DNA of 64,000 nt from positions 1-64,000 of the forward strand of contig JBEKSF010000005.1 in assembly GCA_049517295.1 (NCBI GenBank). Reading direction: 5' to 3'. Within the stretch, counting starts at the first letter, position 1, and every line of letters starts with the position of its first letter. The position numbers and the translations under genes are program-made. Positions 18,517 to 27,960 of this stretch are shown here, piece after piece. The stretch comes from Verrucomicrobiota bacterium (lineage in GTDB: Bacteria; Verrucomicrobiota; Verrucomicrobiia; Limisphaerales; Palsa-1400). Below the pieces are notes generated by a model. It saw only the letters and a list, made by a program, of their open reading frames with translations, searched no databases and was not told where the DNA came from.

Positions 18517-19410
18517 CTACCGCCTTCCGCTCCGCGGAGGAGCATGTATCCGAATGGGTGGAGGCACCGGGATGGCCCGCGGCGGCGCTGGAATCGTCCG
18601 CGCCGGCGCCAGGGGCGGCGGAGGCGCGACTATGGGAGGAGGCGCCGGAGCGGGCGCGCTTTGGCCGATGGGATCGGACTGCCGTTGGATTTCGGCCGCT
18701 TGCCCGCCGGCCTGTCGCGCGGCTTCGCCAATTTTCAATTCGGGGAATTTCATCTCGCCCAAGTTAAAGCCGGCGCTGGCGGAGGATTGCCCTGTGCCGG
18801 CGCCGATGGAGGGCATCTCCATGCGAGGCGGCGCCGCGGGCCGGTCGAGCGCGTCGTAGCCATTGACGATTGATTCCAGCCTTCCGGTTTGCACATCAAC
18901 CAGCAGACCATGCACGGGGACTTTGGGTCCGATCAGCGGACTGCGGCGGATAATATCGACACCCTTGATGACATTCTGCCGTTCGCTGGCAAAGAGGCCG
19001 AAGTAGTCGGTCAAGTTTTCCGGCAATTGCTGGCGGTCAATGCCCAGCGCCTTGAATCGCTCCGTCAGCCCGGAAACGGTGGCCTTGCACACCTGGCAAT
19101 CGGTGTGTCCAATCACCGCCACCTCGCGCCCGCCCTTGAGGGCGCACGCCAAGGCAAGCGAGCGCATGGTGCTGCTCAACGGGTTGGTGATGATGTTGCC
19201 GGCGTTGCGCAGCCAGATGAAGTACTCCTCCGGCAGTCCCATGACGCCGGGGAAGAAGCGATTCAAACGCGGGTCGATGCATGTCAGCGCGACCACGGGC
19301 AGTTCGTTGGCATAATCGGCGACCCGGACCCCCGCCGTGCCATCACCGGTGACGGCTCGATGATTGGCTTCCAAAATGGCTTCAAAGAGGCGCATAGAAT
19401 CAAACGGCAA
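18517..19410 (-). CDS. Beta-class carbonic anhydrase with a long Pro/Ala-rich C-terminal tail
   Basis: Zinc-ligand motifs CIDPRL and GHTDCQ are present. The C-terminal ~100 aa are low-complexity (APAPAPPPIVAPPPPLAPARTIPAPP). Confidence 0.7.
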   Translation of the reverse strand: MPFDSMRLFEAILEANHRAVTGDGTAGVRVADYANELPVVALTCIDPRLNRFFPGVMGLPEEYFIWLRNAGNIITNPLSSTMRSLALACALKGGREVAVIGHTDCQVCKATVSGLTERFKALGIDRQQLPENLTDYFGLFASERQNVIKGVDIIRRSPLIGPKVPVHGLLVDVQTGRLESIVNGYDALDRPAAPPRMEMPSIGAGTGQSSASAGFNLGEMKFPELKIGEAARQAGGQAAEIQRQSDPIGQSAPAPAPPPIVAPPPPLAPARTIPAPPRAIPVPPPIRIHAPPRSGRR

Positions 19411-19428
19411 TGCGTTCGGCTTGGCGCG

Positions 19429-20970
19429 TTACCCCTTGCCGGCTGGCGCGGCCTCCGGCGAATCGCCCATGGCCCGCTTGAGGGCGGGCACTTGCGCAAT
19501 AAGCTTTTCAAACTTGATGCCAGTCAGGCTCTCGATCACCGGCGGAAGCTGGCTCAGTATCTGGGTTATGTCGCCGGTCAGTTTGCTGGCCCCGCCGCCG
19601 GGGCCGCTGCCGCTGTTGATGATGACTATCTTCTCGGTCTTGGACAACGGCTCGCTGACCTTGCCCGCGACCTCCGGCAGGATGCGCACGATCATTTCGA
19701 TGACCGCGGCCTCGTTGTATTGCTTGAACGACTCGGCCTTCAGCTTCATGGCTTGGGCGGTCGCGGCGCCTTGGGCCTCGATAATGGAGGCTTCGGCCAA
19801 ACCCCGCGCCTTGTTGGCGTCGGCTTCGGCCAGACCGGTGGCTTTGACGACGTCGGCGGAGGCGAAACCTTTTGCCTTCGTGGCCGAGGCGTTGCCGGCG
19901 GCCTCGGTTTCGAGTTGGAATTTGGTGGCGTTGGCCAGGGTTTCGACGCGGTAACGTTCGGCGTCGGCCGGTTTCTGGACGTTGGCTTCCAGTTCGCGCT
20001 GTTTGCGGAGGATTTCCTGCTGTTGCAACTCGATCTGTTTCTGTTTCTCGATGATGCTGACCTGGACTTCCTCGGCCTTGACCAATTGGCCGGTCTTGAA
20101 TTTCTGCAAATCGTAGGCCAGGTCGGCCTCGGCCTTTTTCTGGTTGACAGCCGCCTGGTAACTGGCCACGTTGGTTTGATAATCGCGTTGCGCCTCGGCG
20201 ATCCGCGTGTCGGCCACAAATTTGGCTTCCTGGCCGGCTTGGATCGCCTGTGCCGAGCGGATCATCGCGTCGCGGTCGGCCTCCGCCTGCGCAATAGTCG
20301 CGTCGCGCTTGACCTGGGCGATGCGGGGTTTGCCCAAGGCATCCAGATAGCCCTGGCTGTCGCGGATGTCGCGGATGGTGAAGCTGACGATGGCCAGGCC
20401 CATGTTGGCCATGTCGCCGGCGGCCACTTCCTGGACTTTGGAGGCAAAGGCGTCGCGGTTCTGGTAAATGTCCTCCACGGTCATGGTGCCCAGAATGGCG
20501 CGCAAATGGCCCTCCAGGGTTTGAGTAGCAACGCTTTTGATCTCATCGATTGTCTTGCTCAAGACCTGTTCCGAGGCGGTCGCAATGGAAACGTCGTCGC
20601 CCTTGATCTTGATCTGCGCGACGCCATCGACTTTGACCGGCACGCCTTTGCTGGTATAGACCTCCGGCGTTTGGACGTCGATGGTCAGCAGTTCCAGCGA
20701 CAGAACATCGACCTTTTCGATGACTGGCAGGACGAAGGTGCCGCCGCCCTTGACGATGCGAAACCCCCTGCTATGCACGGTGCCGTCCGGTTCGACGTAG
20801 CGATGGCGGCGCCCGGAGACGACCAGCACCTGGTTGGGGCCGACCTTGGTGTAACGGGCCGCCCAGATGGCCAGGAAGAGAAAGACGACCAGGACGAGTC
20901 CGACCGCGCCCGTGACGACCCAGCCCGCGCTGGGGATGTCAAGAATGGAGAGGATGGGTGCTAGGCACAT
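19429..20970 (-). CDS. Flotillin / SPFH-domain protein (FloT/YuaG-like)
   Basis: An N-terminal TM segment is followed by an SPFH domain, then a long Ala/Glu/Gln-rich coiled-coil region (AQAEADRDAMIRSAQAIQAGQEAKF...). This is typical of bacterial flotillins. Confidence 0.75.
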   Translation of the reverse strand: MCLAPILSILDIPSAGWVVTGAVGLVLVVFLFLAIWAARYTKVGPNQVLVVSGRRHRYVEPDGTVHSRGFRIVKGGGTFVLPVIEKVDVLSLELLTIDVQTPEVYTSKGVPVKVDGVAQIKIKGDDVSIATASEQVLSKTIDEIKSVATQTLEGHLRAILGTMTVEDIYQNRDAFASKVQEVAAGDMANMGLAIVSFTIRDIRDSQGYLDALGKPRIAQVKRDATIAQAEADRDAMIRSAQAIQAGQEAKFVADTRIAEAQRDYQTNVASYQAAVNQKKAEADLAYDLQKFKTGQLVKAEEVQVSIIEKQKQIELQQQEILRKQRELEANVQKPADAERYRVETLANATKFQLETEAAGNASATKAKGFASADVVKATGLAEADANKARGLAEASIIEAQGAATAQAMKLKAESFKQYNEAAVIEMIVRILPEVAGKVSEPLSKTEKIVIINSGSGPGGGASKLTGDITQILSQLPPVIESLTGIKFEKLIAQVPALKRAMGDSPEAAPAGKG

Positions 20971-21012
20971 GATGTTCCTTTGGGTTGAGGGGTTTAAGGG
21001 CTGAGTTTGTGG

Positions 21013-21573
21013 TTATATCGGCAAGACATAAAACTGGGATTCGGCAACGCGCGTTATCTTGACCGTCTGGCCATTGGCCAGAGGAGCGCCGTTTTGCTCC
21101 CGCGCGGGCGCGGTGTAGCGCGATCCACCCTCCACGTAAGCGATCTCCCCGATGCCGGCGGCGGGGATGGGGGTGATGACCGTCGCGGTGCGGCCAACCA
21201 TGGAGCCGAGGTGAGATTCGCTGGAGCTTTGGGTGTGTTGGAAAATGGCGGCAAACATCCAAAAGACCCCCGCCGCGATAACCAACCCGCCCAGAAGCGA
21301 CAGCGGCATGTTCACCCACACGTTGCGCGTGGCGCTGACGTGGCAGAAAATCATCCCGAACCCGCCAAAGGCTGTAATGAAGGAGCAGATGATCGTCGGG
21401 CTGAAGGGCGAGACGCCCGGCAGGCCGGAGTGCTCATAACCCGCTTCGGCATGGCCGCTGGTGCCCACATCGACGTGAGCGTCATGGCCGCCGAAGGCGT
21501 GGCCAAAGAAGAAGCTTAGGACGGTGAAAAGCAGACCGACCAAAAAACAGCCCAAATAAACGTACAGTTCCAT
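21013..21573 (-). CDS. NfeD-family membrane protein (YuaF-like flotillin partner)
   Basis: It lies 43 nt upstream of the flotillin in the conserved nfeD-floT order. It has multiple TM helices and a C-terminal OB-fold-like soluble domain (GRTATVITPIPAAGIGEIAYVEGGSRYTAPA). Start is MELYVYL (21573) or MPRRDE (21603). Confidence 0.6.
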   Translation of the reverse strand: MELYVYLGCFLVGLLFTVLSFFFGHAFGGHDAHVDVGTSGHAEAGYEHSGLPGVSPFSPTIICSFITAFGGFGMIFCHVSATRNVWVNMPLSLLGGLVIAAGVFWMFAAIFQHTQSSSESHLGSMVGRTATVITPIPAAGIGEIAYVEGGSRYTAPAREQNGAPLANGQTVKITRVAESQFYVLPI

Positions 21574-21697
21574 AGGCGTATTCCTTTCGTCGCGACGGGG
21601 CATTTTCCCCGCCCCGAACAACTATTACCAGAAGCGGTTGCCGCGGTCACTTACAAAACGACACAAGTTTTTGTAACCGGCCCCGACTCCAGCGAGT

Positions 21698-22570
21698 GTG
21701 AACCAGCCTGCCATCGACAACCTGCGCCGGAGCGGTTACGCTCGCATTGTGGACCGACAGATTGACACGATCGGGATCATCGCGGGCAACCGCTCGCTGC
21801 CGATGGCCTTCGCCGAGCAGGCCCGCGCCCAAGGCGTCCCACGCCTCGTCGCCATCGCCTTCGAAAATGAAACCAATCCCGATCTGGCCCGCAAGGTTGA
21901 TGACATTGTCTGGCTCAAAGTGGGCCAGCTTTCCAAGATGCTCGCGGCGTTGAAAGAGCGGGGCGTCGCCCACTGCGTCATGCTGGGGCAGATCGCCCCC
22001 CGGAATTTGTTTGATGTCCGGCCGGATTTGCGCGCGATGGGGATGCTGCTGAGATTGAAGGAGAAAAACGCCCATTCCATCTTTGGCGCGCTGGCCGAGG
22101 AAATGAAGAAGGAGGGGATCGAATTGATCGAACCGGTGCGCTGGCTGCGGCCGCTCATGCCCGGCCCGGGTTTTGTCGCCGGCCCGAAATTGAGCCGGGA
22201 GCAATCGGACGATGCCGCTTTTGGCTTCCGCATCGCCAAGGAAATCTCCCGGCTGGAGATCGGGCAAACGACGGTGGTCAAGAACGGCACGGTTTTGGCC
22301 GTGGAGGGATTCGAGGGCACCGACGCCTGTTTGCGCCGGGGCGGCGAACTGGCGCGGGGCAAAGGCGCGTTGGCCGTCAAAGTGGCCAAGGAAAGTCACG
22401 ACGCGCGCTTTGACTTGCCGTGCCTGGGGGCGCAGACGGTGGAAACATGCCAGGCTGCCGGGATTTCGGCGTTGGTCTTCGAAGCAGGCAAGACGCTGCT
22501 AGTGGAGAAAGACGCGGCCGAGGCGCTGGCCAAGAAACACAGATTCACCCTCGCAGCCTGGCCGCAATAG
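21698..22570 (+). CDS. lpxI: LpxI-family (DUF1009) UDP-2,3-diacylglucosamine hydrolase-like protein
   Basis: The N-terminal IGIIAGNRSLPM and the C-terminal FDLPCLGAQTV segments match LpxI family conservation. Length is 290 aa. The start codon is possibly non-ATG. Confidence 0.5.
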   Translation: MNQPAIDNLRRSGYARIVDRQIDTIGIIAGNRSLPMAFAEQARAQGVPRLVAIAFENETNPDLARKVDDIVWLKVGQLSKMLAALKERGVAHCVMLGQIAPRNLFDVRPDLRAMGMLLRLKEKNAHSIFGALAEEMKKEGIELIEPVRWLRPLMPGPGFVAGPKLSREQSDDAAFGFRIAKEISRLEIGQTTVVKNGTVLAVEGFEGTDACLRRGGELARGKGALAVKVAKESHDARFDLPCLGAQTVETCQAAGISALVFEAGKTLLVEKDAAEALAKKHRFTLAAWPQ

Positions 22571-22591
22571 ACGCAATCGATTCAAGAACAA

Positions 22592-24043
22592 ATGAACTTG
22601 CCAGCCCAAAAACTTGATTTTCAACGCATAGCGCGCGAGGCCATGGTCCGCGAAGGTTTCTGCCCCGATTTCCCTCCCGAGGTCATCGCCGAGGTCAATG
22701 CCGCCCGCGCCGCGGCAACGCAAAACGGCGGCGCCGGCGATTTGCGCGGCCTGATGTGGTCGTCCATCGACAACCCGGAGTCGCGCGATCTGGACCAGGT
22801 CGAGTGGGCCGAGCGGCTGCCCGGCGGCCGAATCCGCGTCCTGGTTGGCATCGCCGATGTCGATGCCGTCGTGGGCGTTGATTCGGCCACCGACGCGCAC
22901 GCGCGCGCCAACGGGACATCGGTCTATACGGGCGGGCCGGTTTTTCCGATGTTGCCGGAGCGCCTGTCCACAGACGTGACGTCGTTGGGACAGGATGCCG
23001 ATCGTCAGGCGATGATCATGGAGTTCGTCGTCGGGAGCGACGGGGCCGTCGATTGCGCGGAAGTCAGCGCGGGCGTGCTGCGCAACAAGGCGCGACTGAA
23101 TTACGAGCAGGTCGCCGGTTGGCTGCAAAACCCGGCGTCATCCTCCGCCGCGCCGGCGGAGGTGCGCGAGCAACTGTTATTGCAACAGGAGGCCAGCCAG
23201 CGGCTGAAGGACTTCCGCCGCGAGCACGGCGCGCTCTCGTTTGCCGATACGGAGAGTGTGCCCGTTGTCGTCGGCAACGTCGTCCAATCCTTCGCCCTGG
23301 AGAGCCAAAACGCGGCGCGCGACATCATCGAGAACTTCATGATCGCGGCCAATGTGGCGATGGCCCGTTTTCTGCGCGCGCGCCAGTCGCCCTGTTTGCG
23401 GCGGATCGTGCGGACGCCAAAACGCTGGGATCGGATTCAAGCCATCGCGGCGTCCCTGGGCACGCGCCTGCCCGCGGAGCCGGACTCCAAGGCGCTGGGC
23501 GGTTTTCTGGAATCGCGACGGCAGGCTGACCCGGACCATTTTCCGGAGCTTTCGCTGGCGGTGCTCAAATCCCTCGGTCCCGGGGAATACGTGATGGAGC
23601 ATCCGGGCGCCGAACACGAGGGCCACTTTGGATTGGCGGTGGAGGATTACACCCATTCCACCGCGCCGAACCGCCGTTACGCCGACCTGGCGATGCAGCG
23701 CCTTCTCAAGGCGGCCCTGGCCCAGCCTTCCCGCATGCAGGACGAGGCCGCGCTGTCGGAGTTGGCCGCCCACTGCACCGAGCGCGAGGCGGCCGCGCGG
23801 CACGTCGAGCGGTTCATGGAAAAAGTCGCCGCCGCCATTTTACTCGCGCCGCGGGTGGGCCAGGTCTTCAGCGCGATGGTCACGGGTGTGGCGCCCAAAG
23901 GGGTGTTTGCGCGGCTGCTGACCGTGCCGGCCGAGGGGCGGATCATGCGGGGGGAGAAGGGGCTGGACGTGGGGCAGAAGATAACCGTACGTTTGACAGG
24001 TGTGAATCCGGAAAAAGGGTTCATCGATCTCGAACAGGATTGA
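22592..24043 (+). CDS. RNB-domain exoribonuclease (RNase II/R family) with C-terminal S1-like domain
   Basis: The N-terminal SIDNPESRDLDQ box is present. The RNB catalytic motif is HFGLAVEDYTHSTAPNRRYADL. The C-terminus is GQVFSAMVTGVAPKGVFARL. Confidence 0.7.
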   Translation: MNLPAQKLDFQRIAREAMVREGFCPDFPPEVIAEVNAARAAATQNGGAGDLRGLMWSSIDNPESRDLDQVEWAERLPGGRIRVLVGIADVDAVVGVDSATDAHARANGTSVYTGGPVFPMLPERLSTDVTSLGQDADRQAMIMEFVVGSDGAVDCAEVSAGVLRNKARLNYEQVAGWLQNPASSSAAPAEVREQLLLQQEASQRLKDFRREHGALSFADTESVPVVVGNVVQSFALESQNAARDIIENFMIAANVAMARFLRARQSPCLRRIVRTPKRWDRIQAIAASLGTRLPAEPDSKALGGFLESRRQADPDHFPELSLAVLKSLGPGEYVMEHPGAEHEGHFGLAVEDYTHSTAPNRRYADLAMQRLLKAALAQPSRMQDEAALSELAAHCTEREAAARHVERFMEKVAAAILLAPRVGQVFSAMVTGVAPKGVFARLLTVPAEGRIMRGEKGLDVGQKITVRLTGVNPEKGFIDLEQD

Positions 24044-24064
24044 ATCCTCATTCTACGGGAGCGA

Positions 24065-26443
24065 TCAGTTCTTTCGTTTGGCGCCGGCGTTCCATTTCCA
24101 GTTGCGGATTTCGGGCATGTCCTCGCCGTAGGCGTGGATGTAATTCTTGTGGTCGATGAGTTTGTCGCGAATGGCCTGCTTGACGTAGGCGGCGCGCGGA
24201 CCCAGGCCCGGCACCCTGTCAATCACATCGTTGGCCAAATGGAAGCGGTCCAGGTCGTTCAACACGGCCATGTCAAAGGGCGTGGTGGTCGTCCCCTCCT
24301 CCTTGTAGCCGCGCACGTGCCAGTTGTGGTGGTTGTTGCGGCGGTAGGTCAGGCGGTGAATCAGCCACGGGTAGCCGTGGTAGGCGAAGATGACCGGCTT
24401 GTTGGCTGTGAACAAGGCGTCGAAATCGGCGTCACCCAAGCCGTGCGGGTGCTCGGATTTGGGCTGGAGAGTCATGAGATCGACGACGTTGATGACGCGG
24501 ATGCGCAGCCTGGGAAACTCGCGGCGCAAAAATTCGACCGCGGCCAAGGTCTCCAGCGCGGGCACGTCGCCGGCGCAGGCCATGACGACATCGGGTTCGC
24601 CGCCGCCGTCGGTGCCGGCCCAGGGCCAGAGGCCGAGCCCGGCGGAGCAATGCTTGACGGCCTCGTCCATGCCCAGCCATTGGGGGGCGGGCTGTTTGCC
24701 GGCGACGATGACGTTGATGTAGTGGCGGCTGCGCAGGCAATGATCGGCCACAGACAGGAGGGTGTTGGCGTCGGGGGGCAGATAGACGCGGATGATTTCG
24801 GCCTTTTTGTTCATGGCGTGGTCGATGAAGCCCGGGTCCTGGTGGCTGAAGCCGTTGTGGTCCTGGCGCCAGACGTGGGATGTCAACAAATAATTCAACG
24901 AGGCGACGGGGCGGCGCCAGGGGATGCCGCGGGTGACTTTGAGCCACTTGGCGTGCTGGTTAAACATTGAGTCAACGATATGAATGAAGCCCTCGTAGCA
25001 GGAGAAGAAACCGTGGCGGCCGGTCAGCAGGTAGCCTTCGAGCCAGCCCTGGCAAAGATGTTCGCTCAGGACCTCCATAACGCGCCCGACGGGGGCGATA
25101 TGGTCGTCGGTCTTGAGGATTTCGCCGGTGAAGACGCGGTTGGTGGTTTCAAACAGGCATCCCAGGCGGTTGGATTCCGTTTCGTCGGGGCCGAAGACGC
25201 GGAAGTTCTTCCGTTGCGCGTTGAGCTTGGTGACATCGCGCAAGAAAGCGCCCAGGACGCGTGTGGCCTCGCCGGTGAGTGCGCCGGGGCGCGGGACCTT
25301 GAGTGCGTACTGGCGGAAATCGGGCATTTTCAATTCCTGCAAGAGGAGGCCGCCGTTGGCGTGCGGGTTGGCGCCCATGCGGCGGTTGCCTTTGGGGGCC
25401 AGTTCGGCAAGATCGGGGCGAAGGGCGCCGTTAGTGTCGAACAATTCGGCCGGTTTGTAGCTCTTCATCCATTTCTCCAGGAGCTTCACGTGACTGGGCT
25501 TGGCCGCCAACTCGGAAAGGGGGACCTGGTGTGAGCGCCAGGTGCCCTCGATCTGCAGACCATCGACTTTTTTCGGGCCGGTCCAGCCTTTAGGAGTTTG
25601 GAAAATAATCATGGGCCAGGCGTGACGCTTGCGGAATCCGTTGGCGCGGGCGTCGGATTGGATTTGGCGGATTTGACTGATAATCTCCTCCAGAGTTCCG
25701 GCCAGCATTTGGTGAACGGACGCGGGGTCGCTGCCGCCGACAAAAAAGGGCTGATACCCGTAACCGGTGAAGAGGTGCTCCAGTTCGTCGCGGCTGATGC
25801 GCGCCAAGACAGTGGGATTGGCGATTTTGTAACCGTTGAGGTGAAGTATCGGCAAAACAGCGCCGTCGGTTTGGGGATTGAGGAACTTGTTCAGGTGCCA
25901 GCTGGCCGCGAGCGGACCGGTTTCGGCCTCGCCGTCGCCGACGACGCAAGCAGCGATGAGATCGGGATTATCGAAGACGGCGCCAGCGGCATGCGCCAGG
26001 GAATAGCCCAGTTCGCCGCCTTCGTGAATGGAGCCTGGAGTTTCGGGCGCGGCATGGCTGGGGATGCCGCCGGGGAATGAGAATTGGGTGAACAACCGTT
26101 TCAGGCCCTCCTCGTCGCGGCCAATATTCGGGTACAACTCGGAGTAAGTGCCTTCCAAATAGGTCTGCGCGACGACGGCCGGGCCGCCGTGGCCGGGACC
26201 GGCAATGAAGATCATGTTCAGATCGTACTTCTGGATGAGGCGGTTGAGATGGACATAGAGCATATTCAAGCCGGGGGTCGTCCCCCAGTGACCGAGGAGG
26301 CGGGGTTTGATGTGTTCCAGGCGGAGGGGTTTTTTCAAGAGGGGGTTGTCATACAAATAAATTTGGCCCACAGCGAGGTAATTGGAGGCGCGCCAGTAGG
26401 CGTCGATTTTACGCAGGAGATCATCGGTCAAGGTCTTTTTCAT
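24065..26443 (-). CDS. xfp: Xylulose-5-phosphate/fructose-6-phosphate phosphoketolase
   Basis: 792 aa. The phosphoketolase N-terminus is [22 protein letters not shown]. The ThDP-binding region is [10 protein letters not shown], with EGGELGY following. Confidence 0.85.
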   Translation of the reverse strand: MKKTLTDDLLRKIDAYWRASNYLAVGQIYLYDNPLLKKPLRLEHIKPRLLGHWGTTPGLNMLYVHLNRLIQKYDLNMIFIAGPGHGGPAVVAQTYLEGTYSELYPNIGRDEEGLKRLFTQFSFPGGIPSHAAPETPGSIHEGGELGYSLAHAAGAVFDNPDLIAACVVGDGEAETGPLAASWHLNKFLNPQTDGAVLPILHLNGYKIANPTVLARISRDELEHLFTGYGYQPFFVGGSDPASVHQMLAGTLEEIISQIRQIQSDARANGFRKRHAWPMIIFQTPKGWTGPKKVDGLQIEGTWRSHQVPLSELAAKPSHVKLLEKWMKSYKPAELFDTNGALRPDLAELAPKGNRRMGANPHANGGLLLQELKMPDFRQYALKVPRPGALTGEATRVLGAFLRDVTKLNAQRKNFRVFGPDETESNRLGCLFETTNRVFTGEILKTDDHIAPVGRVMEVLSEHLCQGWLEGYLLTGRHGFFSCYEGFIHIVDSMFNQHAKWLKVTRGIPWRRPVASLNYLLTSHVWRQDHNGFSHQDPGFIDHAMNKKAEIIRVYLPPDANTLLSVADHCLRSRHYINVIVAGKQPAPQWLGMDEAVKHCSAGLGLWPWAGTDGGGEPDVVMACAGDVPALETLAAVEFLRREFPRLRIRVINVVDLMTLQPKSEHPHGLGDADFDALFTANKPVIFAYHGYPWLIHRLTYRRNNHHNWHVRGYKEEGTTTTPFDMAVLNDLDRFHLANDVIDRVPGLGPRAAYVKQAIRDKLIDHKNYIHAYGEDMPEIRNWKWNAGAKRKN

Positions 26444-26463
26444 GGGGCTGCTTTCGTTATATA

Positions 26464-27659
26464 TTATATTTTACACAATTGGCGCCACACGGCTTCGGCC
26501 ATGACGACTTCCTCGTTGGCGCGGATGACGCGGACGGCGGCGCGCCCGGCGCCGTCGGAGCGAGAAATGACGGGCGCGTTGGACAGGTTCCTGGCGGCAT
26601 CCAGCTCGACGCCCAGGAAACCAAGGCCGTCGCAGATACGGGCGCGGACGACGGGCGCGTTCTCGCCGATTCCGCCTGTGAAGACCAGCGTGTCGAGTCC
26701 CCCCAATGCGGCGGCAAGTGCGCCGATCCATTTTTTGGCCTGGTAGCAAAAGAGGGCGACGGCCTCGGCGGCGCGGACGTCGCTGCCCTCGCGCGCGAGC
26801 AAGTCACGCATGTCGGAGCTGGTTTCCGAAACGCCGAGCAGACCCGACTCATAATTGACGACCTGTTGAAACTGGTCGGGCGTCATTCCGTCGTTGCGGG
26901 CCAAATAGATAAAAACGCCCGGGTCGAGGTCGCCGGAGCGCGAACTCATGGGCAGGCCGGCGGTGGGAGTGAAGGCCATGGTGGTATCGATGCTTCGTCC
27001 GTCCTTGACCGCCGCCATGCTGGCGCCGTTGCCCAAGTGGGCCAGGATGAGAAGACCGCGGGCGGCGGGCGGGCCTGCCAGCCGCTCCACTTCCTGCATG
27101 AGGTAGGTGTAAGACAAGCCGTGAAAGCCGTAACGGCGGATGCCGCGGGCGTCGTACCTGCGCGGGAGCGGGAGGATTTTGGCCACGCGAGGCATGGAAT
27201 GGTGAAAGGCGGTGTCGAAACAGGCGATTTGCGGCAGGCGCGGGTAGCGGCGCTGGAAGAGGTTGATCAACTCCAGTTGCGCGGGGAAGTGTTCGGGATC
27301 GTAAGGGCCGATGCGGCGCAATTCGGCCAGCAACTGGGGCGTGACTCGCTGGGGTTGGTCGTAGTTGGGGCCGCCATGCACGACGCGGTGGCCCACTGCC
27401 GCAATCGCACTCATCTCCGGCCGGCGCTCCATCCACTCCATCAGGAGATTGGCCGCCGCCGTGTGGTTGGGAGCGTTGATGGTCTGGCTGGCGGTTTCCT
27501 GGGTGACGGAGTCGTGCCATTGGAAGGCGGCTTGGGGCTGGCCGATGCGCTCGATCCGCCCGGAAAGGACGGCGCGGGGCGGAGACTGGTTGGTGTAAAG
27601 GGCGAATCTGGCGCTCGAGGAGCCGCTGTTGAGAACGAGTGCTGTGGCGTTCGTATCCA
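26464..27659 (-). CDS. ackA: Acetate kinase
   Basis: Start [21 protein letters not shown] matches the AckA N-terminus. It lies 20 nt upstream of xfp on the same strand. The track start is over-extended by 17 codons. Confidence 0.8.
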
Positions 27660-27960
27660 TCGGGATTGCGCGTCCGTGCAAATAGTTAGACCGGAGTAAG
27701 GGCGGCGTCAATTTATCAATGGCAGAACACCACCCGCCTTGCCAGGGCAGGTGGGAAAATAATCTTTGAAGATTCTTTTTGGAGGTAGCCGCAAGCAGAG
27801 GGGATCAGCGGCAGGGGAATCTTTCGGCAGAGAATGGCAATGGGCTGGCGCTGCTGGACAGACACGGACGGGCACGGGACGTGCGTTGGGCTTGCGAGAA
27901 ACTCGTGCCTGGGAGAGGATGACACGCGGTGAGGCACGCGGCCTGCAATTTGCGAGGCGG

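Noticed and set aside
18383-18873. Track ORFs of 147-158 aa overlapping tRNA-Ser
   Set aside because: They overlap a clear tRNA gene and the Pro-rich tail region of the CA gene on the opposite strand. There is no support.
18889-20964. 691-aa plus-strand ORF antisense to beta-CA and flotillin
   Set aside because: It is an antisense artefact of high GC. Its low-complexity Gly/Leu/Asp sequence spans two real minus-strand genes.
26479-27699. 406-aa plus-strand ORF antisense to ackA
   Set aside because: It is antisense to a strongly supported acetate kinase. Its Gly/Ala/Asp-rich composition is typical of GC-rich off-frames.
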